Shown: positions 11,180 through 22,559 of the stretch, piece after piece
Layout: each line of letters begins with the position of its first letter
Numbering within the stretch: the stretch's first letter is position 1
Source of the DNA: Cyanophora paradoxa CCMP329
Taxonomy: Eukaryota; Plantae; Glaucophyta
DNA: 64,000 bases
Reading direction: 5' to 3'
Assembly (NCBI GenBank): GCA_004431415.1
Contig: QPMI01000167.1
Span: forward strand, 1 to 64,000
Position numbers and translations under genes: made by a program
Notes under the pieces: generated by a model
What the model was told of the DNA's origin: nothing
Seen by the model: only the letters and a program-made list of their open reading frames with translations
Databases searched by the model: none

Positions 11180-12731
11180 GGGGAGCTGTACGTCTCGGGC
11201 GACGAGCGCCACATCCCCGGCGCCACCCCCACCACCCCTGTCTCCCTCTTTAAGGCGAAGGGGCGCTACGGATATGTCCCCTCTGAGATCATTAAGTGCG
11301 ATAAGCCCCTTGAGCTAGTTTTCGGGGGCCCGCTAGGGGGCTCCGCCGGCCCTGCGCGCTCCTCCCGCGTTCGAATGCGCTAGGCGTACCCAAGCTCTTC
11401 TCTCACCTGGGAGCGCGAACGAAGACTCGCCCGTACCCACAACGTTGAGTCAGAATTTGCACACTGCGGCGAGTCGAGTCAAAAAGTCCGAGTCAAAAAC
11501 TCGACTCGGAGTCGAGTGATTTGCGTGATTGGTCAAAATTAACTCAATCCACCGGCGCGGCCCATGTCGGACCGGCGTGCTGTGCAAGTGGCAGGCTGGC
11601 GGCAGGCGCCGGCAGCCCGCGGCCGGGCGGTCTATATATATAGCTAGGGCGGCTAGCTAGTAGCCGGTAGGGCCTAGCCAGGCTAGCCGGCGCCTAGCCT
11701 GGCTATAGTAGATCTAGATCTACTCGGCTAGAGGCCTCGCGATCGCGATCGCCAGCGCTAGCGCATACGCGCCGCATATCGCCTCCGATCGCGATCGCGA
11801 GGCTCCCCCCGGCCGCGGGCCCGGCGCCGGCCCGCCCGCGGCCCGCGCCGACGCCGCCAGCGCCTCGAGCTCCGGACCGGATCCGGGATTCCCGGCTCCG
11901 AGGCTCCGAGCTCGAGCCTCTGCATGCGCCCCACGTGCACCTCGAGCTCAGGCCTAGCCTCCTAGGGAGCCGCGCCGCGCCCGCCGCCCGCGGCCGCCAC
12001 GCGCGCCCCACCTCACTGATCATGAGTCAAATCAGAGTCATGCGCCCCGCATGCCGCAGTGCGCATGCGCGCGCAGCTGCAGCTGCAGCTGCAGCGCGCG
12101 TGCTGCGCTATCTCAGGAGCGGCCCGCGGCGGCTCAGCAACGTTAACTAGCGCTCGCGATCGATATCGCGCGCCAGCCCGGCCGCGCGCGCGGCCCGCGG
12201 CGCGCCGCGGCGGCGCGGCCGGTCACCGTGGCATGCGCACCGGGTCGCGCGCACGGCCGCGCGCGGGCCCGCGGACGCCGGGCCGGGCCCGCCGATCGCG
12301 AGGCGCGCGAGCCGGGCCGGGCGCGGGCCCCTGGCTGGCCCGGCCGCGCATGCGCAGTGCGGCCGGCGGCCGGGCCAGTGGCGGAGCGCGCCCGGCGCCC
12401 GGCGGCGCAGAGCGGCCCGGCGACCGTCGGACGCAAGTGAGCATGAGGAAACTTGAAAACCCGGTGACCTGAAAGCACTGCCGCAGTGCGGCACTGCGGC
12501 ACGCAATGTCTTGACTAAGTGTCGAGGAACTTGGAAGTTTTGAAATACATGTATCCATTCATAACTAAGTAGCCTATTCAATGATTAGTTTTAGTTGTAG
12601 AGTGCACCGGTGTGCGTCTGTGCGCAGCTGCAGCAGAAGCCGGCCGCCGATGGAGGCAGGCAGAGAGGGCCGCGACCGGGAGCCCGGTGCACGTGCCCGG
12701 GGAATCTTCGGGTTGGGCGCCCGACCGGGGC

Positions 12732-15700
12732 TCAGGCGAGAGCCCCCGCGGGGAGGGCCGGCTGCACGCTGGCGTCCCCCTCCACGTTGAAGAACTTCTC
12801 CTGCGCGGCCTTCTCGCACCCGCGCTGGCGCGGGCGCGCACTCCGGGGGCCCACGCGCACCGTCCACGCGCGGATCTGCTTGCGCATGCGGCTCTCCTCC
12901 TCGGGGTCCGCCGAGAGGGGCGGCTCCGGCGCCGCCGTCTGCGGCTTCTTCCCCCGCGCCGACTTCTTTCCGCTCCCCGAGCGCGTCGGCCGCCCTGCGA
13001 CGCCCGGCGGGGGGCAGGGGTGAGGGGCCGGCGGGTGGGGCCCCAGGCGGGGGCGGGGCGGGGCACCGGAGGGGGCGGGGCGGGGGTCGGCGGGGGCGAG
13101 GGCCTCCTGGAGGTCGGCCATGGCGGCCTTGACGCGCGCGCGCACCTCGCCGGTCGCCTGCGGGTCGCACCCCAGCGCCTCCACCGCCAGCAGCGCCACT
13201 GCCCCCGCCCCGTCACCCCAGCGCGGCGCGGCCGGCGGGGCGGGGCGGGGCGGCGCGGGGGCGTACCGCGCTCCTTCTCGGAGGAGGTGCGCTTGCGGAG
13301 GGAGAGGGTGACCTGCACGGGCCGCGCCTCGCGGCAGAGGGCCTGCAGGGCCCCCACGAGGGCCTCCCGGGCCGCCCAGCGGGCCTGCGGGGCGCGCTGG
13401 GCGGGGCGGGGGCAGCTCGAGGGTGCAGCGGGAGAGGCCGACGAGGTCCACGACCACCACCGCCGCCTGCGCCCCGCCCCGCTCGCCCCTCCCGCCCGCC
13501 CCGCGCCCCGGAGCGCCGCGGGGCGCACGCGGTGGAGGAGGAGGTTGGAGCGCTGCACCGCGTACGCCGCCCCCCGCACCAGCGCCGCCACTGTCATGCC
13601 CCTCAGCCCTCCCGCGAGGCTCCCCGCGCCCCTGCCGCCGCACCGTCGATGCGCCCCGCCGCCGCCTCCTCCTCCCCCTCCGAGGCCCCCTCCTCTTCCG
13701 CCCCTTCCTCGCCCCTGCCGCCCCCCCTCGGTGGCGGCCCCCTGGCTAGGGGCGGGCGCGGGCGCGGGGAGCGCACGCGGCCTCCTCGTCCTCGTCCTCC
13801 TCATCCTCCTCGGCGAGGTCGGGGCGCGGGGCGGGGCGCGCCGGGGGGGCCCCGGGGCCGCCCGAGGGGGCCCCAAAGGCGTGGGAGAAGGCGCGGGGCC
13901 CGTCGGGGACGGTGATCGAGCAGAGGGCGAAGACGCGGGTGGGGTCCTCTGCGGGGCGGGGGCGGGGTGAGGGGCGGGGCGGGGCGGGCGGGGGCCGGGG
14001 CGCGGGGGCGGGCCCATGGCGTGGATGACGCGCTGCTGGACCATCACCGCCTTGACGCCCCTCTTGAAGGCCGCCCCCGCCACCCGCAGCCCCGCCGGGG
14101 CCGGGGCCTCCGCGCCGAGGGCGGCCTCGAGGGAGCGCGGGGCGCCGCGGCGACCCGGGGTGCCGGCGCGCACGGAGGGCGGGCGCGGCAACTCCACCGA
14201 CGCAATCCGCCGCCCCGTCCCCGGCCCCGCGCCCCCCGGCGGCGGCGACGCATCCCGCCCCGTCTCCCTGCCCCCTCCCTCGGCGGGGTGCGAGGGCGGG
14301 GCGAGGCGGGAGGGGCGCACGGGGCGGGCGGTGCAGGCGGCGCGGTGGAGAAGTCGAGGGGCGGGGGAAGAGGGCCGGGGCGGCGGGGGCAGGGCGGGGT
14401 CGGGCCCGGCGCGGGAGCGGCGGCGCTCCATGAGGCGCTCGCGGGGCGGCAGGGCCTCCTCCGACGAGGGCGAGGGCCCCGCCAGCGCCGCCTCCAGCGG
14501 GCCCGCCCCGGCCCCGCCCCGCGACCCCGTCCGCCCCAGCAGCGCGAACGACGAGTCCGAGCGCGGCGCCGACGGGCGCGACGGCGGCCGCGGCCCGCCC
14601 CGCCGCGGGGCCCGGGCCGGGGGCGGGGCGGGGGCGTGCCCGCCGGAGGTGCCGGGGCGAGAGATGGAGGAGGAGAGGGGGAGGGAGGCGCCGCGGAAGG
14701 AGCGCCGGACGTCCGAGGGGCTCCCGGGCCCCGAGGCGGGCCCCCCGGGGCGAAGGAGCCCGAGGAGGCGATGCGAGAGCCCGAGCGGGGCGGCGCCGGC
14801 GGCAGCGCGGCGGGCCCCAGTGAGGGGGCGTCCGCGGCGAGCGAGCGCGGGCCCTGGGGGCGGGGTGAGGGCGGCGGGGAGGGGCGGGGGCGGGCGGGGC
14901 GGACGATGGCGACGCAGCGGACGGCGAGGGCGCCGAAGTCGAGCGCGTCCGACGCCGGGTACGCCATCGCCACCACCACCCGCACCGTCCGCCCCGCCCC
15001 AGCCCCGTCCCCTCGCCCCACCACTCGAGCCGTCGCGCTGCGAGGGGCCGCCGGGGTGAGGGGGCGGGCGGCGTGGGGCCGGGGGCGCGGGGAGCGGACG
15101 AGGGAGGGGAGGAGGGGAAGGCGGAGATGGAGGCCGAGCGCCGCCGCGACCCAAACGCCGCCGCCAGCAGCTGCCCCGCGCCCCCGGCCCCGGCCCCGCC
15201 CCGCGCCCCCGCCGCCCACAGGTCCACCACAAGCGGCGGCACCGCGCGCCCCAGCACCGCGCGCCCCAGCACCCGTGTGAGCACCTCCTGCGGGGGCGCC
15301 GGCGGCGGGGCGGGTGAGGCGAGGGGAGGGCCCAGTAGTGCGGGGGTGGGGCGGCGCACGCGGACGCGGGCGAGGGCGGTCTCTGGGGGGCCGTCGGGGG
15401 CGGGGGCGGGCCCCGGGAGGAGGAGGCCGCGGTTGGGGCCCCCGACCTCGTCGGAGAGGGGCCGGATGGCGGCCACGTAGTCGCCGAGGAAGGCGCCGAC
15501 GAGGCGCGCCCCCGGCATCCCCGTCAGCTCCTCCATCGCCCCCGACCAGCGCGCCACCCGCCCGTCCGGCCGCAGCGCGAACCACGGCAGCTTCTCCAGC
15601 GCGAGCTGCGCGGCCGGCGGGCGGGGCCGGGGCGGCTCCGGGGCGGCGAGGGAGCGGACGAGGCGCTCGGCGGCGCGGAGGGCGAGGGCGGAGCGGAAGA

Positions 15701-18137
15701 CGTGGGCAAGGGTGGCCGCCGCGTGGAGGTGCTCGCGGCCCCAGCGGAGGCGCCCGAAGCCGCCACGGGCGCCGCAGTCGCGGAAGAACATGACGTAGCC
15801 CGGCGCCGTGTACGCGGGGAGCGGGAAGCTCTCGTACCCCACCGGCCCCTCGCTCGCCACCTCCCCGCCCTCGGGCCAGCCCGCCGGCCCGCCGGCCCCG
15901 CCCCCGCCGGGGCCCTCGTCGTCGTCGTCGGGCCCCGCGGGGAGCTCGACGACTCGGCGGGACTTGAGGGCGCCCTCGGAGCGAGGCGAGGCCCCCGAGC
16001 GCTGCTCCGCCGCCGCCGCCGCCGCGAGGACGGAGCGGGGCGGGGGCTCGAGGGCGGCGCGCCCCTCCGGCGCGAGGCGCACCGCCAGCACCGCCCACTG
16101 CCGCTGCAGCTGCGCGCCGGCGTCAGAGCAGGGCGGGGGGCGGGCGGGGCGGCGGGCGCACGAGGTGCTTGACGGAGGGGAGGGTGTCGGCGGCCGACTC
16201 GGTGGCCCAGACGCCGCCGGGGCTGACCTCCACGCGCCCCGCCATGGCCTTGGCGATGGCCAGCACCTCGCGCCGCGTGGGCACCGGGTGGCCCTCGAGC
16301 AGCGAGCGCGCCTCGAGCGCGTCCGTCGGGCGCGCGGCGCGCAGCAGCCAGGGGGCGGCGACGACGGCGGCGGAGGCGGCGGGAGGACGGAGCGGGAGCG
16401 GCGGAGGGGTGGCCGGCGGCGAGGCCGGCGACGGGGTCCGGGGCGCGGAGGAGGGAGTCGAGCATGGCGGCGGCGAAGGCCCGGAGCGGCGCCGCGCCCT
16501 CGGCCTCCTCCCGCTGGAGGGCCGCGTCGGCCAGGGGCACCAGCGCCTCCACGAAGGCCGCCACCTCCCCCGCACCCCCGCCTCCACCACCTGCCCCACC
16601 GGCCCCAGTCACGGCGGGCGCGGGGCGGGGCCGGCGGGGCGGGGCGGGCGGACGTGGGGCTGGCGCCAGGCCCCGAGGAGGAGGCCCCAGAGGGCGCCCC
16701 GCGGCCGACGAGGGGCACCTGCACGAGCGCCTCGGGGCCGCCCACGCCGTCGAGGAAGGCGCGGAGGGCGGGGCCGGGCTGCCGGATGGGGTTCCCGTGC
16801 AGCTCGAGGGCCTCCTCGGGGCTCGGCGGGCCCCGCGGGCGGCCCCGCGCCGTGAAGCCCCCGCCCCCGACACCAGCGGCACCGCCCCGCCGAGGCCCGC
16901 GCCACCGCCCGCACCCGCAGCCGCAGCAGCGCCTCGCGCGCCGCGCCGCCGCCGTCGAGGAGCTCGGCGCTCGAGTAGCGGGCCCCGCGGGGAGCGGCGG
17001 CAGGCTCTCCCCGGGGCGCGCGAGGGCGGAGACGAGGAGGAAGTGGCCCGCCGGCGGCTCGGTGTTGAGGCCCGAGAAGGAGCTCCGCCGCGCCGGCGAG
17101 GCGCCCCGCGCCGCCTCGCCCGAGGCCGAGGAGAAGGAGGGGGGTGGGGGAGGGAGTGGGAGGGGGCCCCCTGGAGCTGCGCGCGGAACGAGTCGGGCCC
17201 GTGGTACGTGAAGAGCAGCGCCAGGTCGCAGCTGCGCCCCCCTCAGCGCGGCGGGGTCGGGGCGGGGCCGGGGGGGGGGGCGCGCCCGAGGGCCTCGAAG
17301 AGGGCGAGGGCCGCCTCGCGGAAGAGCGCCTCCGCCGAGCCCGCCTCCGCCAGCCCCGCCCCGCGTCTGGCCCCGCTCAGCGCCCCCGCCCGGCCCGGCG
17401 CGGGGCGGGGCGCGGGGCGGGCGGGCACTCTGGAGGAGGGGGGCGATGGGGGGCGGGGGCCGGGTGCGGGCGCCGGCCTGGGGGCGGGCCTCGAAGTTCA
17501 TGTCGGCGGTGAGGGGCTCGAGGGCGAGGGCGAGGTAGCCGGGGCCGGCCCCCGCCAGCGTCCCCAGCCACGCCACCGGGGCGCCCCGCGCCCGCCCCGC
17601 CCCGTCCACGGACTCGGGGGGAACGACCGAGGTTCGGGTCAGGAGCGTGAAGGTCAGCGCGCGGGGCCCGGCGGCGGTCGCCTCGCGGTTGCCGGGCCGC
17701 TCGGGCCGCTGGAGCCGCTCGGCCGCCACCCGCACGAGCTCCTCCGAGTCCGCATCCAGCACGGCCCCGAGCGTGTTCTCCACGAGCGCCTCCGCGGGCA
17801 CGCCCAGGAGCTCGAACGCGTTCGCAGACGCGTGCGAGATCGTCAGCGAGCCCGTCCGCAGCACGAAAAGCACCCCGCTCCCCGGCTGCACGCCCGCGCT
17901 CGTGCTCGGCCCCGGCCCCGGCGGCGCGGGCGCCAGCGGCACGGGCGGCGGGGACGCCGAAGAAGGACTCGGGAGGTCGCCGCCGGTTCCTGCCCGCTTA
18001 GCTGCGGCGCCCGAGCCGGGTCTGCTTCCAGCTCCGTCCGCATGCGGCACGCCATTCGCGCGGTCGAAGGAGGCCGTCCGCGGAACGGCTGGCGGGTCGG
18101 CCAGCTCTGAGAACGACCCGGTGCGAGATGCCGACAT
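12732..18137 (-). CDS. Degenerate phytochrome-like protein (PAS-GAF-PHY-PAS plus a divergent C-terminus)
   Basis: GVQPGSGVLFVL...ISHASANAFELLG (PAS2); SAEALFREAALALFEALG-CDLALLFTY, LELHGNPIRQPGPALRAFLDGVG, LWGLL (GAF); PVPTRREV, VWATES, YVMFFR...WGREHLHAAATL (PHY); PWFALRPDGRVARWSGAMEELTG (PAS). Some apparent frameshifts; 3' exon structure uncertain. Confidence 0.75.
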
Positions 18138-18676
18138 CGCGAGGAGGGCGCGAGGCTCCAGTCGCGTCGATGCGGCGGGTCCTGTTCCGGATCCCTATCT
18201 CACGACGCGGCTCCAGTCGCGTCGATGCGGCGAGGTCCGCCCCCCGGCGCGGCTGGGATCCGCAAAACGCGGCGACGCTCCTGCGTCGCGAACTGGGTCG
18301 AACGCTTTTGGCCGCAAAAAAACCCGAAGCGGTACCCCAGGACATCGCAAGCTGCAAGCAAAAACCCAGGGCTCCGGGAGAGAGCCCAGACCGCTTGATC
18401 GAACCATCGTTACCAACGTGCGTTCGCCTTCGCCCCAGCGCGCTTCGCCCCAGCGCGCTCGCCGGGGTCGGGCTGCAAGCATTCGCCTGCACATGCGCGC
18501 TCGCTCACCGCCTTACATTTGAATTTGCAGCGTCGGAAGCGTGAAGTCGAGGCCCAGCACCGGTTGCCCACCCCGAATTCAAACTGCCGCGGGCGAGGTG
18601 CACATGCGCATGCGCCGCCATCGGTGCGGCGATTAGGAGAGTGTTATGAATTGTGCGCAGAATCAATTTTTAGAGC

Positions 18677-21600
18677 ATGGCAAATGCACGGGTGCGTCCG
18701 CGCCTGGAGTTTGCACGTTCGCTTGGCGCCGCGGCCGTCTTCCTTAGCTGTTGCGGGGGCGATAACATCGGCCTTGGTGATGATTTCGCGCATGGCGCGC
18801 AGAACTTCGACACCGTCCTCGACCTGGATACCCTGCTGAAGACGGCCCGAGAGGGAGCTCTGGAGATCAGCCCGCGCGGAAAGTTGACCGCCAAACAGTT
18901 CGAGGAGCTCAGCAACACCGTGAAGGACTTGGTCAAGGCGATTGCTGATGACAACATTGCGATCAAGTCGCTCGTATTCGACGTGCGCATTTCCTTCCAA
19001 CACCCTGCGCGCCTCCTGCGCTCGTCTCGCCGGCTCTCAGCGCCGGCGCGTGCAGCCCGAGTTTGCCTCCCTGAACAAGCAGTCGAAGGCCGCGACGGAG
19101 CGGATCCTGAGCGCCGTTGTGGAGCTGGTGAGGTCGCAGCGGCGCTCCCTGGAGAGCGTGAAGCTGGGGAAGGACCAGCGGGGGGTCATCGCGGTGCCGC
19201 TGCCGCCGAGCGCGGCGAGGACCCCCAACGAGGTCTACTTTGAGGTCCACTCCAGGTTCCTCCGCGACATCCTCGGTCCGCCCCGGGCGCGCCGGCCCCC
19301 GCACGGCGCCCGCCGACCCCGCGCAGGCGCCCTGGAGGGCAAGAGCGCTCTGAACAACCTGGCCATCTCGCGGCACTGCTTCGACGCGGCGGCGGCGGCC
19401 TCGCTCGCCGTCGTCGCCCCCCGCGTGGCCGGGCTCCACCTCTCGGACGTGGCGTTTGGGGAGGCGAAGGAGCTCCGCGCCCTCCTCAACGCCCTCGAGA
19501 AGAGCACCGCGCTGCGCTGCCTCGAGCTCGGCAAGGTCGTCGAGGCGGACGGGAAGAGCTCGCTCTGGGCGGCCGACGCCCTCGCCTCCAAGCTGCGGGA
19601 GGTGCTGGCGAGCCAGCAGGCCTACCTCACCGGCGTTTCCCTCGGGGAGATCTCCCTGCGGGGCGTGGCGGCGGGGCAGGCGATCGCCAACGTGGAGCAC
19701 CTGAAGGAGCTAACGCTGGAGAACGTGGCGCTCGAGGAGGAGGACGCGCGGGCCCTCTTCGGCGGCCTCCGGCGCACCCTCGTCACCCTCACCTACTCCA
19801 CCGACGACGCCCCCGCTTACGAGCTCGCCGTCCGCCCTCCCCCGCCGCCCCCGCCCTGTGCCGCCCCTCCCCGACCCACCGGGCTCGCAGCTGGAGACCC
19901 TGGGGGGGCGCATCGCCCAGTTCGAGCGCCTCGAGACGGTCCAGCTCGGGGGCGTCGTCCCCCCGAGCGCCGCGAAGCTCGCCCTGGCCCTGGGCGGCGT
20001 GGAGCGGGCGGGCGGGCGGGCGGTGACGCTCGACGTCTCGCGCGCCAAGTCGGCCGCCTTCTTCAAGCAGCTGCCGCACAGCTTCCACGGCGAGCTCTCG
20101 GAGGGGCGCCCCCTGTCCTGCGCCCTCCACATCGAGTTCCGCCCCGTGGACAAGCCGGACCCGCACGCGCGCCTCGTCTCGTGGATCCTCCAGCACAAGC
20201 GCTGGCCCCTCCTGCTCGACGACCTGCCCGAGGCCAAGCACGCGTCGCTGCGGGAGATAGTGCAGCGAATCGGTGCGGCGGCGCGCCACTCAGCCTCCGC
20301 CTCTTCTGCGAGTCGGAGACGTGACTGCGGAGCGGGCTGCAGAGAAGCCGGAGGCGGTGCCGCCGGTGGGGAGCGTGGTGTACGCGCGGCTGAAGCGGGG
20401 GCGGCAGCACGGGACGTGGCCGGCGCGCGTGGACGCCGGCCCCGAGGGCGCCCTCGTCGCCAGCTGGCTCGGCACCCGCGAGCGGCGCGCCCCGCCCCCG
20501 CCCGACTCGCCGAGCGCCGGGGCCTGACGCGGCCCCCAGCACGCCCATCTCGCAGGTGAGCGTCCTCTCGGTGGAGAAGGGGCGGGGGGCCTTCGAGGCG
20601 GAGGAGAACAGGCGGAGCGTGCTCGACAACATCGACGCGAGGGACCACGCCCAGGCCCCCTTCGAGCGCCTCGCCGCGCTCGCCCTCGCCGAGCACGCCC
20701 GCTTCCAGCGCAACGAGCCGCCCTCCGACCTCCGCGAGATCGCCTTCCGTGCGCCGGCGCCGGCGCCCGCCTCGCGGGGCCCCTCCTGTGACGCCGCCCG
20801 CAGTGCAGCGGACGGAAGAGGGGGCGAGGGTGAGCTACCGGGTGGTGCCGGCCGGCCAGGTCGTGGAGGCCGGGCAGCGCCACCCAGACCCGCAGCCGGC
20901 TCCGAGCGCGCCGGCGAAGCGCGCGCGGGGGCCGGGGCGGGCGCGCGCTCGGGGTGAAGCGGCGGCGGCAGTCGAACGGCGCGCGCGCGTCGCCTGCCAA
21001 GCTCGCGGAGGCGCCGGACAACCGCGAGGCCGCCTCCAGCACCCCGGCCCGCCGCCAGGCCCGGCCCCCGTGCCCCCTCGTCTCCCCTCCTGCCCGCCCC
21101 GCTCACCTGCGGCCCGCAGGAGGCGGCGGGGCCGGCGGAGGCAGAGAGCCCCGTAGTTTCGCCGGGCGTCGAGCCGGAGCCGCTCGTCCTGGAGACCCCC
21201 GACGGAAAGGCGCATTCTCGCCCGCCGCCCCCTCCCCCCGGGCCCCGCTCACCCGCGAGGCGCAGGCGCTGCCGGAGTCGGACGCGGACGCCGCGGAGGG
21301 CGTGCGGGACGAGGTGTGTCCCCGCGGCCCCGCGCCCCGCGAGGCGGCCCCGCGGCTGACGCGCGACGGCGGCGCAGGCGATGTTCGATGCGCCGGCGCA
21401 CTTCGGTGACGGCGGGGCGGAACCGCAGCAGCACCTGCTGGGCGAGCGAGAGGGAGAAACGAGCAGAGCGACGGCGCTCCAGAGCGAGGTGCGGCCGGCG
21501 CGCTCGCAGGAGCCGGCCTCCCGTCCGAGCCCGGCGCCCTTCAGCTCGAGGCGGTGCGGGCGGAGCTGGCGGCGGCGCGTGAGGCGCGCGACGCGGCCCT

Positions 21601-22430
21601 GGAGAAAGCGGCCGAGGAGGCGGAGGGCGCCCGCCGCGCCCGCCGCGCCCGCGACGTGCGCCGCCCCTGCCCCCGCCCCTGCCCCGCAGGCGTGACGCCC
21701 CCTCGGCAGGCGAGCGAGCGGCAGCGGGCCGCGGCGGAGGCCAAGGCCGCGGAGGTGCGGGGTCGCCCGCCAGACTGCCGCCCCCCGCCCCCTCCGAGCC
21801 GAGCGCCTTGCAGCTGGCCGGGGCGGCGGAGGAGAAGGCTGCGCTCGAGCTGCGCCTCGCGGAGCGCGAGCGGGAGCTCGAGGAGGCGCGGGGGCTCGCC
21901 TGCGAGGTGCCCCCTCCGCCGCGCCCCTCGCCCCCCGCCTCTGAGCGAGGCGGCGCCCCGCGTGGTGCAGAGCGAGCGGCGGGCGGCGGAGAAGGCCGGG
22001 GAGTGCGGGCGGCTGCAGGCCGAGCTGGAGGCGGAGAGAGAGGACAAGGCCGCCGCCAAGCGCCTCGTGGGCCCCTTGCGCCCCTCCCCGCCCCGCCCCG
22101 CCTGACGCGCCGCCAGCTCGAGAAGACGCTGTGGGAGAAGGCTGCCATCTTTGCGGAGAGGAGGACGCTGGAGGGGCAGTGCGCGGCGCTAACGGCGGAG
22201 AAGGGGGCGCTGGAGGGGCAGAAGGCGGCCCTCGAGGAGGCGAAGGCGGCCCTCGAGGGCCGCCTCCGCGGCTCCGCTGCGTCAGCGCTGCAGCTGTACC
22301 AGCAGCTGCAGGGCACCATCCCGCAGGCCGCCTCCCCCGCGCCCCAGGCCTAGCGCAGGACCCCTCTATCGAGGGCCTCGAGGGCCGCGTTCGCCTCGCC
22401 GCGACTGCCCTCGGCTATCCTCAACCCTAA
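18677..22430 (+). CDS. RNI-like LRR protein with a PWWP/Tudor-like segment and a C-terminal coiled coil
   Basis: ALRCLELG, HLKELTLENV, LETVQLG repeats; VGSVVYARLK...TWPAR; heptad-rich C-terminal exons. End is 22353 or 22430. Confidence 0.55.
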
Positions 22431-22559
22431 TTGCACCCCCTCGATCGCGAACGGCCCCCTTCCTTTTCTCCCCTTCTGGTGTTCGCATGGGGAGCAGGCT
22501 ATGGAATTATCTTTTGTTGCGTTAAGTATTTTGCGTTGCACGGAAGCGCGGGGCTTGTG

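Noticed and set aside
16380-17170. Frameshifts in the phytochrome-like and other genes as programmed frameshifting or pseudogenisation
   Set aside because: They fall in or near G/C homopolymer runs and are more simply sequencing errors; cannot be resolved without reads.
18154-18232. 24-bp direct repeat GGCTCCAGTCGCGTCGATGCGGCG upstream of the phytochrome-like ATG
   Set aside because: Only two copies; a local duplication with no evidence of function.
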